Below, in pieces: positions 39,245 through 57,051 of a stretch of DNA of 64,000 bases (positions within the stretch are counted from its first letter, which is position 1; each line of letters begins with the position of its first letter). The notes below the pieces were generated by a model, which saw nothing but the letters and a program-made list of their open reading frames with translations, was not told where the DNA came from and did not search any database. The stretch covers positions 2,513,361 to 2,577,360 of the forward strand of contig CM074805.1 in assembly GCA_037447605.1 (NCBI GenBank), given 5' to 3'. A program made the translations under genes and the position numbers. This DNA is from Zygnema circumcarinatum SAG 698-1b. Its lineage: Eukaryota > Plantae > Zygnematophyceae.

Positions 39245-40208
39245 AAAGTTTGCGCGTCAGTTTTTAACCTTGAATCAACGACCCAGTTGGGTCAAAACCT
39301 CGCATAGATCATCCAAAAGTCTCCATTTCTACTTCCATCCATCATGAATTACTCCAAATAGCCTTCTTACCAATTCACCATAGTTTGGAAACCTCCTCAC
39401 AAAAACTAAATTCTAAATCATAACCTCCAAAGGTTTAGGATTTGGTCACAAAAACTAAAACTAAAATATGAATTGAAATTGGAAATGAAATAAAAAATAG
39501 TTTTACTCCCTTGTTGTGGCTTCTAGCCTGATCCAGACGGCTCTAAACCTATTGCAAACCACTCAAGAAGACCTTTAAAGAGCATTCAGACTATCAAAAA
39601 CTGCTTGCAATGAAGAATGCCTTGCAACAAATAGTCTGTCAAACGCTTTCGAAACGCGTCCCATCCAATTATTGAAAAATCTGACTCGATAGTAGCAATG
39701 TTGGGAAATGTTGAAGCAATGTCTCCGCAAAATTTTCTCAACATTGGAAAATTTTCCCCAATGCCTGCAGCATTCCAGCCTGCAAAAAAGTCTGTTGTTG
39801 CATCGCAGGCAGACAGACAGACAGGTAAACAGGCCGGCCACAGGAAGCAGCCAGGCAGGCCCCACGCGCCAAACAGGAGGCAGGCTGCAAGCAGGGCGGC
39901 TACATTGTCCGTACATGTACGGCTAAGCCCTTACAGTACAGTTGTACAGGACTGTAGACCAATACTGCGATATATCGGCAGGGTCACGTTCGTACAGTAC
40001 GGCCTTGTACCTGTGGTCCCGTCACTTTGAGCATTTCGATAAAGTCATGTCCGCCCTGCGGAGAATGGAGGAGCTCCGGTTTAGGGTTAGCTCCGAAGGG
40101 GAAAGGAGGAGGCGCAGGCTCTGCTTGAGCCAGGCCGCGAAGAGGCTCGCAACCATGTGATCTTGGGACGCTTATATTCGTGTAGGGTTAGGCTGGATTG
40201 TGGGAACA

Positions 40209-46749
<6,541 letters not shown>

Positions 46750-47778
46750 AGCGGACGGCCATGGGCCCCACGGAATGTACGAAATGTTCAGTAGAAACAG
46801 ACAGACAAGGGGCCAAGGCAAGCTGAGCATTCCTTCGGCTGCTGCTGTACAGCATTGCGTCGCCTCCATCTCCGTTTTTCTTAAGGAAAAGGAACTTTTT
46901 TTTTTAGGATGTCTGAAAAACTCTTTTTGGACATATTGTTCATACGTGGTACGGTCACTTGGTTTTGATTTTTTTAAAAGAACAATAATGATGTCAAGGC
47001 TCTCCGCAAAAGGTTGAGCAAATGATGTGAGCGCTGCTGAGAACCATTGCATGGATTCTGTGTTTCCTTGCGAGCTGCCAGTGAGATGACCGCCAGTCAG
47101 AACCTCCCAATGTACCTCTCACCCATATTTATTTTATTATTTTTTTAATTCTCAGCTTGCTCTACCGTCTTTGGTGCGTTGTGTGGATGCTTCGACGAGA
47201 GCCCGAAAACACACGACTGGTTGAATAGAAGTGAAAAATGCTGGTCTCACAATTCGCTCTCACGTGTACAGATTGCATATCAGACATCACCAAGACGGCT
47301 TTTGGTCGAGATCAGCCTGCCAGCAACCGATCTTATTTAAACAAAATCAAGCACAGGAGCTACAAACTATGAGTAAAGGCAGCAGCGTAGATTTAATGGA
47401 AAGGGAGAGGGCTTCAGCCAGAAAACGTTCTCGCTGCAGCAAATGCTCATAGGCACAGTGGACCCAATGCTGTTCAGCATACATGATCAACCATTTTGAT
47501 AATTTTGGTGCCACAAAAACGGAAGGAGCACATATGGGAGGCAGGAGATCTTCAAATCAATCTGTATGCAGTGTCCAGAACGAGTCCGCGGTAAACTTCC
47601 AATTCATCAACACAAGTTTCACCAGCAGAAGTGGTACAATACATAAAATGGAACTTTCAGAAGTATATATTCTTCATGTCCCATTCATACGATTTCCATT
47701 CATTCTCATCATCCTCTACACATTCTCTTTTTTCTACTTCCCTTCTGTCCTCTCCTCTCGTTCCTCTCTCCATTCCCC

Positions 47779-47984
47779 AGGGGAAGGGGAAGGGAAGTGG
47801 AGGGGAAGGGGAAGGGAAGTGGAGGGGAAGGGGAAGGGGGAAGGGGAGGGGAAGGGGAGGGGAAGGGGAGGGGAAGGGGAGGGGGAAAGGGGAGGGGAAG
47901 GTGAGGGAAAGGGGAGGGGAAGGGGAGGGGAAGGTGAGGGGAAGGGGAAGGGAAGGGGAGGGAAAGGGGAGGGTTAGGGTTAGG
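47779..47984. repeat. Polypurine (GGGGAA/GGGAG-type) tract ending in TTAGGGTTAGG
   Basis: About 195 bp of almost pure A/G with many G3-G5 runs. Confidence 0.93.
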
Positions 47985-48782
47985 AAGCTGAAAGGCTTCT
48001 TTGTCTGCCTGGGGAGGGGAGGAGAGCAGAAAGGAAGAATTATGGGCAAATTATGGAACAAGGAGAGGACAAGATCTGGCTGCTTTGCAAAACCAGCATG
48101 AGCATGAACATACCAAGGAGGTGCTGCAAAAAACCGGCAGAGAGAGAGCCAACCAACAGGAAAAGAAAAACACATTTGTTCTTATGAAAGAAATACAATT
48201 GAGGACTCATAAACCAACGCGACGACTGCACAACATTTCCTGCGAACGCTTTATTGCACTCTCATTGAAAAAAAATCAAATGAAAAATGAAAAATGAAAA
48301 ATGCTAGTCAGCCAGTTCCATGTTTAGCTACACTCTTGAACTACACTTTGAAATTGAGCAACGATGGAAACTGCAAACATAATGATGTTGCAGCAAAAAA
48401 ATCGCACTCAATCTCCCAAAGTCTGAGCAAACTAAACTGAAACTGAAGCTGAAGCTGACGTAGACACGACTAATGAAGGAATGCAAAAGTGCAAACACTG
48501 TACATCAAAATGCAAAATTGACGTGCAACTAAAACTAAAACTGAAGCTGAATCTTCCCATTCGCTTTGGAGCTTTCGAAAGGCGTCTCTTTTGCTCGCCA
48601 CATATTGTACGCCTCCAAACAATCTCTCTTGAATTCCTCCGCAGTCTTCAGCTTCGCTGACTCAACCATTGCTTTAAACTCTCAAGGACAGAGCGGACAC
48701 TTGAGGTTGCGGCCATCCTTACATGGCAAAAAGACCCCTCTCGGGTCACTCCACATGGGATGAAGTGGTTTCACCGGAGTTT

Positions 48783-49737
48783 TCAGCGGTTTCGGGGCAA
48801 GTCCAAATTCACGTGCCAGCCCGAGAAACGATTCCTCTCGCGATCCCAATCATTCAACCTTTCACGAATAGAAGCTAATTCAGCTACTTCTTGCCATCCT
48901 TTTTCATGCTTCATTCTCCAAGAGGAGAAGCTTTGCGGAATGGGATTTGGCAAATTTACTGCCATTCGCCTTTCCACCTCCCGAGTACTACTGTGGCGGC
49001 GGCTGTATTGCGGCTCACGAAACGCCAGTTGGCTCGCACTGAACACTGATGAGTCACGGAAGCCGGACTGCCTGGCACTAAATGGCGGCTCACGGAACGC
49101 CAGTTGGCTCGCACTGAACACTGATGAGTCACGGAAGCCGGACTGCCTGGCACTAAATGGCGGCTCAGGCTCAGGCTCATACAGCCTGGACTGCCTGGTA
49201 TTAAATGGCGGGTGAGGCTGATAGAGCGGCGAGTAATATGCGGGATCTGTCTTCACGGTCGGGGGAACCTGTATTGCCAACAAGAGACAACAAGCGCCAC
49301 ATTAGTCCAGCATATGCATACCAACCCAAAAAACTCATCCATACAAAAGCAAGCACCAAGGCAAAGAACTTTTTGATGCTAACAACCCTAAAAACAAAAG
49401 GCTTGAAATCTTTATAAGGTGCAGCAGGTCATACCCGGCGAGGAATGGCTAACTCCCTTGCGAACTCCTTGTGCAGCCAATCCACAACGGAAAGGTATGT
49501 CTTTCCGACTTCTTTGGCGCCCACACCCAGCCAGAACCAAGCCGTGTCCAGCAAGCTGTATCCAAGATTTTCCAAGACGACCAGCCACGGGACACTGCAA
49601 AAATCGAAGGCAAGGACTTCAAGCTGCGTGCGGGCCGCTACAGCAGCCTTCAACCCGCTGCTTAGCGCTGCTGCGAGCAGTTGCATCGCTTGCAGCCATA
49701 AGGCGCACAAAGCAGCTGCAGCCTTCTGCACGGCCAT
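48783..49737 (-). CDS. Orphan two-exon ORF (~262 aa): hydrophobic N-terminus plus a Pro/Ser-rich region with an in-frame 25-aa duplication
   Basis: ATGG at 49737 lies directly behind a CT-rich leader. Exon 1 (49737-49435) ends CGG|GTATGA. A 166-bp intron ends AATACAG|. Exon 2 (49268-48783) continues in phase 0. No family recognised, and the 3' end may be spliced further. Confidence 0.5.
49010..49207. repeat. 75-bp tandem repeat (2 copies, 1 mismatch) plus a degenerate partial third copy
   Basis: 49010-49084 versus 49085-49159. 49160-49207 shares GCGGCTCA and GGACTGCCTGG..TAAATG. Confidence 0.95.
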
Positions 49738-49847
49738 GGATGAGCAACAGAGAGAGAGAGAGAGAGAGTGAGAGAGAGAGGGTGAGGTGAGTGAGGGAGA
49801 AATGATGGCCCGGGCTGGAGGGCGTGGCCTTGGGGTGGGCCCCGGGC

Positions 49848-50480
49848 AGCCCTGAAATGGTTTTGGCTGCCGTGTGCGCGACGTAAGCGTCCGCGATTGG
49901 GCGAGCGCCGTCCGGGCAGCTCAAGGTTGGCCGCGAGCTGCCCGGAGAGGAAAGGTGTGGCCCGAAATGGTGGGCCGCGCGTCTACCTCATCTCAAATCT
50001 TGGATAAGACTGTACGGACAGACAGGTGGCGCCACCGCCGTGGGGGAATGGTCGCGTACGGTGCGCGCGACGTGACGTGACGCTCTGAAGGGGGGCTGCA
50101 CCTGCTCGTACTCGCGGTGACGGTGGACCGGAAAGAATTTCAGCTGCCCGGCCGACGCTCGCCCAATCGCGGACGGACACGGCAGCCCAAGTCATTTCGG
50201 GCCATGCGTTGGACGGGCCATGGGTTGGATCAACCATTGGATCCAATGGTTGCGATTGGGCGTGCGTCATCCGCGCAGCTCAAGGTTGGCCGCGAGCTGC
50301 CCGGGGAGGAAAGGTGTGGCTGAAAACGGTGGGCTGCGCGCGTACCTTATCTCAAATCTGGTTTTAATGCAATTTCGACGGTCGATAATGAGCCACGTGC
50401 CTATTTGGTGGTTGACAAAGTTCCATCGTCGGATCGCGGTTCGCGCACGCACTGAAGGGGGGCCGCATCTGGTCGTCATT
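49848..50480. repeat. Complex GC-rich repeat: diverged ~360-bp tandem duplication with nested inverted repeats and palindromes
   Basis: 49893-50000 recurs at 50252-50359 (offset 359). 49848-49920 is inverted at 50139-50210. Perfect 22-bp palindrome CAACCATTGGATCCAATGGTTG at 50231-50252. 11-bp stem CCGGGCAGCTC/GAGCTGCCCGG at ~49912-49945. Confidence 0.85.
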
Positions 50481-51092
50481 GCGTTATTTATAGTGGACGA
50501 TCTTTGACAATAGGGGGTGTCAGACTTAACAAAATCTTACGAAAAGCGTTACGAAAAAAAAGGTTACGAAAGTACTCCGCCGCAGGAGGATCGCGATTAT
50601 ACTGGAGTACTCGTTCTGATGCCAAACTTACGAACACGCGTACTGAACGTTCTTTACGGAACTGTGTGGCAAAGAGCGGCAGACCTCTCGTCAAGGAGCC
50701 CCCGTCCCCTCTCCCGGAAACCACGAGTGCTCGAGCGCGGACCTTTTTTTTGTGGAGTGGAGACTGTAACAGAAACGGCGGCACAGACACAGATCTGGTC
50801 CGTAGCCGGACCCGGCGGGGCGCACACATAGATTGTCCAACCACGCCACGTGGCCGTTCGAGGAGAAGCGAAGGACGAACCAATTGCTCGCCACGTGGAC
50901 AATTTGTACCACTCTCCATGTATCCCCCGTAGTGGAAACTGAGAAAAATGTGTAACTAGAAATTTGAGAGTTCCGTGCATTATTTTACGGGGTTCGCAAC
51001 TACGAAAGGATCGAGGAGCATAGAGCGACCCCCTCCCACAAGTAGGAAGCTCGTGGTTCCCCGCCCTCTCCCTCTCTGCCCAGCGAGCCCCC

Positions 51093-54000
51093 ATGAGGGC
51101 CCTCGCTCGGCTCCTTCCTATGCGCCATGGAAGCCTGTCAGCACAAGCGCAAACCCTAATCTCTGTACAGAAAAGAACATTGTTTTCGTCGCACGTCTCC
51201 CTGTTGTCGAGACGAGCGACTCTGCAAGTTAAACGAAAGAGTTTGGGCTTCGCGAGGACGATTTGTATGAGCTGCAGTGAAAGAGGCAGGGTTGAAATGG
51301 AGGTCACGCGTTCGAACTACGAGAAGGTGCTTCCATTGGTGCTGGAAAAGCTGAAGACGTGTAGTTACGTTGCCATAGATGGAGAATTCACCGGTCTTCA
51401 TATGCAGAATGAGAGGTGAGGGGCTGCTGATATGACGAGAACAGAAGTGAAGTAGTCTGGGTAACTAATGTTTGTGCATTGGGCTCGTTGCAGGAGATAA
51501 TAGATAATGTCGGGACCGGCACTTCTAGTTTGTACCATCGACTTATGAGCATATCGCTAACGGGCCTTTTTGTTGTAGTTGTAGTGATATTGCTATGGTG
51601 ACTATGACTATGACTACAACTATAACCTTCACGGCTTTTCGAGGAGGTTAAAAGGTAGATGAAGAATTGACAATGGGACCAATGGAAATCTGGATTTTGG
51701 CAGGCGAGATCAGTTTTTTGATGACCCCGAGGAGCGCTACAGTAGAGTCCGCGAGTCAGCACAAAGGTTTCTCATCATGCAGGTGTGCTTGCATTTGTCT
51801 TTCTGAACAAATTATATATTTAACGATATAAATATAAACAATAAACTAAAAGTCAATAGAGTTAGTATTTTTACCAGAATTGTTATTTCTGACACTAAGT
51901 ACTTAAAACGACTCCTCTTTCGAAAAAAATAACTCTGTAAAAATTCAAGATACTTTTCAGCAACTGCTCTTGGAAGCAATGACTTCAAGAGTTTATTTGC
52001 TTGAACTTTCCTTTGGAGTTTTGGATTTTCTTTGTTTCAAGTCCTTGAAGTTAATGTCAGCTGAATTCCAATTTCATTTTCTTCACGAAGCTATCTTACA
52101 AGCTCCAGGAGGAATGGACTGTTTGAGATTATTATCCATCCCCACAGAGCAATGAGAAGACTCTCAAGAAGTTGAGCCTATGAAGTTGAGCATGCCAAAA
52201 GCACAAGTCTCTTATTCTAAACTTATTTAAATCATGTTCTGATATCACCTCCTACTATGCTTTTTGTCTCGTAGTTCGGCCTTTCAATGGTGCAATGGGA
52301 AGAAGCCAAGGGGGCGTACGTCTCCAGCACTTTCAGCTTCTACACATTTCCTCGTAGTTATGAAAATGTCGACTTACGCTTTGTTTGCCAGGTAAACTTA
52401 AATCTCTCCTCAAACTTGTCCCGCTGTCAGCACCAAATGGCGTCCTAACGAGAGCTTGGGCCCATATGGAATTAGAAAACTACTTTACATCCAGACATAG
52501 TATGTTTTTTTGAAGGTGGATTATCGCAAAAGCGCGGCGGTTCTAATGACCGTGTAGAGCGATTCGGTTTGTCTGAACTCTCCTGGAGTTTACCTCACTT
52601 ATGCAGGCATCATCCATCGACTTTTTGAGAAAGCATAACTTTGATTTCAACAAATTTGTATATGAAGGTGAGATAGCGAGGCATTTTTGCCACTGTCAAC
52701 ATTGGAAGCAAATGAAAGCACTTCAACCTCTGGTGGGCACTTTGTGAAATGGACGAATTCCGTCGACATCTTTGACCGATTCCTAATTCCTGTACGGCAA
52801 AGCCTACATGCATATCTACTCCGCCTGTGAATACGTTATACCAATGATAGTGTGCCATTCCCATCGTCTGATTCACAAAAAGGGAACATTGAAGGGCGAA
52901 TCACTGACCAAAATAGAAAAATGAGACGACCATGCTTTCGTCCAACATAAAAAAGGACTTGTCTCTGTGACTGGCTTTTTTCTTGGTGTAGGTATTTCTT
53001 ATCTCCCTTTGGACGTGTATAGAAAAAATGCCTCGTCAATGCCACGTCGTCGCGATCCCATAACTCTTACACGACCTGACGACATTGCATTTGTTGGCCT
53101 TCAAATCGACAATGTTCGACAATGGGTCAACTCAACCCATCCTCCTTCGTCCATGCCGAAGGAAAGCAGACCTCCGACTTTTGACTCGGCCCATCAAAGC
53201 GGTGGTGAGAGTGAGTCTGGGACAACGACAGATTCTTCTGCGAAGAGAAAGGAAAGGGATTGGTCAGACGAATTGGCAGAGCAAGAAGGTTGGGAGGAAC
53301 CGAGGTTCACACTGGATCCCGCGAACGGGTTTTTGAGAGCGGCTCTTTATGAGGAATTAGAGAGAGAATTTGGGACCGATAAGTTCTACATTGAAAGAGT
53401 TAATGTAAGTGGATGGGCAGACCATAATGTATCCTTCGCATTTCATATTTGTAGCTCGGTGTCTATCAATTTCGTTTCAATGCACATGGATGAAGCCCCT
53501 AGTTGCAGTCGGATGCGGTCCCTCGTCTCCCTTAGAGCTTCCTCAGAAAAGCTTCGCCAATAAGATCAATAAGCTTAACTCATATACGTCCCTTTTTGGT
53601 GAACTCCTTTGTTGCTCACTATAATTTCCTTCTCCTCTCTTTGTAGGTGGGAGAATTTGGCGACCTTGCTTTGCAGCTCACTCGTGCAACTGCCGAAGGG
53701 GTGGCGAGGCATGAAGCAGAGGTGGCAGAGGCGCGCAAGCGCAAGTTACAGGAAGCGGCAGGATTTGCTTTCGTTGTTCAAGCCCTTGTGGATAGCGGGA
53801 AGCCACTTGTGGGGCATAACATGTTCTATGATTTGATGTATTTCTATCAACAATTTGTGCAGCCATTGCCTCCCACTTTCGAAGAGTTCCGAAAAGAGGT
53901 ATGTAACGTATGGATGCAGTTCATGGAAGTATTTGCCGATTGTGAAAAAGGTAGGAAGAAGACTGGGATATTGTCCCTTTAATCAGTGTCCCAACCCATT

Positions 54001-56211
54001 CCAAACGAGAGTCTCCTTGTTTACGTTTGCTCGTTTTTTTTCTGAGTTTAATGCAGATTGTGCAGTTATTTCCGGGGGGCATCTTCGATACAAAACATTT
54101 GGCAAAGCAGTTTCCAAGAATTTATGAATCTTCAGGGTCCAGCCTCGAGACTGTGTACTCGTCTGTGACAGCGGAACCCCAAGTGGCCAAAGAAGTCAAC
54201 CGGAAGGAGCCCCATAGTGATGAAGGGAATGAGGGACCTTCCGGTCACAATCAGGTGCAGGGCAGAGACTCGCACTTGGAGGAGAAGGAGAAGCCTCTGT
54301 TGCTCAAATACGACTTGTCTCTCAGTAAGAGTCTCGAACCAGAGGTGGCTGCTTGTGCTTACGTATACTCTGTTCATTTTGGGGTTAGTTTGTCCAACCC
54401 AGTAAGGCGGGGAAAGTTCCCTTGAAAAATGTATAAGAACTGGATTTTGGTTTCCCTTTCTCATTCTTGTTGCTTGTCTCCCTGTACTCGCCAATCAGGT
54501 TTGGCGAAAGTCGGCGATCTGGAAGCTTCAGGAGATTTGACGGCTGTGAAGGTCCCTCCTGTACTTCATGCGGAGGGCTTTGACTCGTATCGCGATTTGG
54601 GGGAGGGAGCAAGCATGGCTCATGACGCTGGGTATGACAACGGCGGATTCATTAGCTGGAAGAAGAAATGCATGTGCCCCGCCGAATGTTCGAGTACTTT
54701 TTCCGAATCCTTTAAGGAGACATGATAATCCAGGTATGACTAAGCTTTAAATCCTGTCTGATGTCGGAGATTTTGCTGACATTTCTATCGCCCTCCCCCT
54801 TTTGTTTTTCCAGGTACGACGCATTCATGACTGGTGCAGCATTTGCGGGGCTGTCACATCTTCTTGAAGCGCGGAGCTCTCAGGAAACACTGAATCCTAA
54901 AGCTGGGAACTTTCAACAAAAGGTAGGAAAGGCGGTCTTATGGAAGTGGGTGGTCATATTGCAACGTGTTACTTCCCCCTCTTCCCCCTTCTCCCCCCCC
55001 TCTCTCTCTCTCTCCCTCTCACTGTGTGTGTGTCTCCCTATCTCAATCGTAAGGGCGAGCACGGAGCAGCCATTTCTTTTCTTGTGCTATTGCGTGTGAG
55101 ACACAAGCCCCTCCCCTTTACCTTCGACACCTCCCATCCTTTCTGAATGAGTGGTTTTCCTGTTTGCATACGCAGGATCTGTACCCTCCAATTGAAGCGT
55201 TAAGTTCCCTGCGAAATCAAATTCATGTGATGAAGTCTGACATGATGTTTTTCCCTCTGGAGGGGCCCATCGCTGTGCCGGATAGATCAAGCGTGTTCTT
55301 GCTTTCAAACTTCAAACCGGAAACAAAGACCTCCGACCTGTTAATTCTTTTTGAATCTTTGAAACTCGGGGCCATAAACGTCATCTGGATAGACCAAACA
55401 AGCGCCTACGCAGTGTTGCTTGATAAGACGAAGTCGGCCCTTGTGGTCAATGCAGTGAAGGAAAGTGAGTGGGTAGGCCATTGCTTGCCTTTTTCTAACA
55501 AAGAGGGGCAAGTTGTCTGCTCATAAACAGTTCAGAGTTAGAAGCAGCTCAGCAGCAGCCAAGCTTAGTTCAGAAAAACTAATACAGGGAACGTGTTGTG
55601 ACCCTCTGAAATAGCACAAGCTAGTGTTGGCATGCCCATTTTTGTTCTTTTAAGATATAAAGCGCACAGTGTATCTCTAGTTCACATTCCTGTGTTTTTT
55701 GTGTTTTTCGTTCCTTGTTTTTTGTTTCCATGTACATTTGATGGCCTCGCCATCGTGAGATCAATGCCACTTCCTTTCCACTCCTGTACTATCCAAGGAG
55801 ATTTCTTTATCATAGAGCGGTGAATAAAGGCTTTGCCTCGTGCAGTGAACTAAAAAAGCCTAACAATGGGGAGGGTATTGATTTGCCTGCATCTCGTGCA
55901 TCGTAACTACCTCCTCAATACGTATCCAAGCAAGTTAAATGTGAGATGCGTTAGCATTTTCGACAGTGCAGACGGAGGGATTATATACAGGATACAATCG
56001 TGTGTGTTCGGAATATCGTAGTTTTGCAAGCTTCATCAAGCTAACTTCAGACCTTTCCCCTGTCAATCCCTTGCATGAAAATGGCCTAGTAAGTCATAAT
56101 TATGAGCATCATGTCGTGCATATCTTGCCATTCGAGCCTGGCACGACAAATCATTTTTTAAATACTGAGAAGCGACCACGTTATGACTATAATATGGAAG
56201 TAGCAAGCTAA
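51093..56211 (+). CDS. PARN: Poly(A)-specific ribonuclease PARN (DEDDh nuclease, R3H-like region and RRM) with an N-terminal presequence; last exon(s) uncertain
   Basis: MEVTRSNYEK..YVAIDGEFTGL (51297-51415), DPEERYSRVRESAQRFLIMQFGLS, RFVCQASSIDFLRKHNFDFNKFVYEGISYL, LDPANGFLRAALYEEL (R3H-like), KPLVGHNMFYDLMYFYQQFVQPLP, FPGGIFDTKHL, AHDAGYDAFMTG and RRM-like VFLLSNF..NVIWIDQTSAYAVL (55178-55469). All DEDDh catalytic motifs are present. The 3' end could lie anywhere from ~56000 to ~56800. Confidence 0.93.
55727..55766. repeat. Dispersed 40-bp repeat, copy 2 (probably in a PARN 3' intron)
   Basis: 38/40 identical to 39205-39244, same orientation. Confidence 0.9.
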
Positions 56212-57051
56212 CTCACTTAGTTTCCCATTTCAGCTGAAAACATTAAAGAAAACATGTATTTGTAATGTCAAGGCAGCAAGGCATTCATACAGGACATCAG
56301 CGCAGGGAGCTCGTCTGGAGCGCCAGGCACTCAATCAAAGCGGGCCCGTTGTTCCTCTATTGGACGCTTTTAGACGCATGATCATGCACTGAAGTACAGA
56401 TGAAACTTGGGCAGAACTGAACAAGGTACCGATCAAATAAAAAATTGATGCACACTGCTTCTCCAATCAGAGGAAACACAAGAAAGATAATCCAGAAGAA
56501 GAAAACAAGCTTTCCAAGACCGAAAGCATCTCTGTTACAGAGCTGAAACAGTCCTTCCCACACCCTTTGCCTTGTAAGGATGAAGCATCTCAAGGAACAA
56601 AGAATGCCATTGAGGTTGGCACCGCTGCCTTGAAGAAACAAAGCAGCCATTCATATCGTATCTTGTCGTGGCCTCAAAGGCTGACGCCATGGGCCTCCTC
56701 CAGCATCAGAATGCCGCCATGGCCTCGCAGAGAGGGAGACAGGGCTCTGTGCAGTCCTCGAGTGGAGCGACGCAACGGAGAATTTTCGTTCGTTTCATTC
56801 GCTTTAACTGCGACAACCGCCAACGCTCTTCCCGGTCTTTCTCTCTCTCTCGCTCGCGCTCTCTCTCCATTCCTCTGCTTCTGCTTCTTGTTTGTCTCGC
56901 CGCCCTCCTCTCGTCTCTCTCCCGCTCACTCTCTCGCTCAATCTCGCTCTCGTCACGAAGTGGGAGGAAGTGCGAAAGAGTAGTTGAAGCAGGCCATCAA
57001 GTCTTTCTTCATTTTGGCCGATTTTCATAAGTTTATAACGCCATCAAGTCA

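Noticed and set aside
47552-47623. Minus-strand peptide VDELEVYRGLVLDTAYR resembling my memory of a plant HNH endonuclease motif
   Set aside because: It is isolated, with no start, no donor site and none of the following HNH motifs nearby. Probably chance or a tiny relic.
49040-49150. CTGATGAGTC..GGAC in the 75-bp repeat, resembling a hammerhead ribozyme core
   Set aside because: The obligatory GAAA after stem II is absent (TGCC follows), and no stem I/III with an NUH site can be built.
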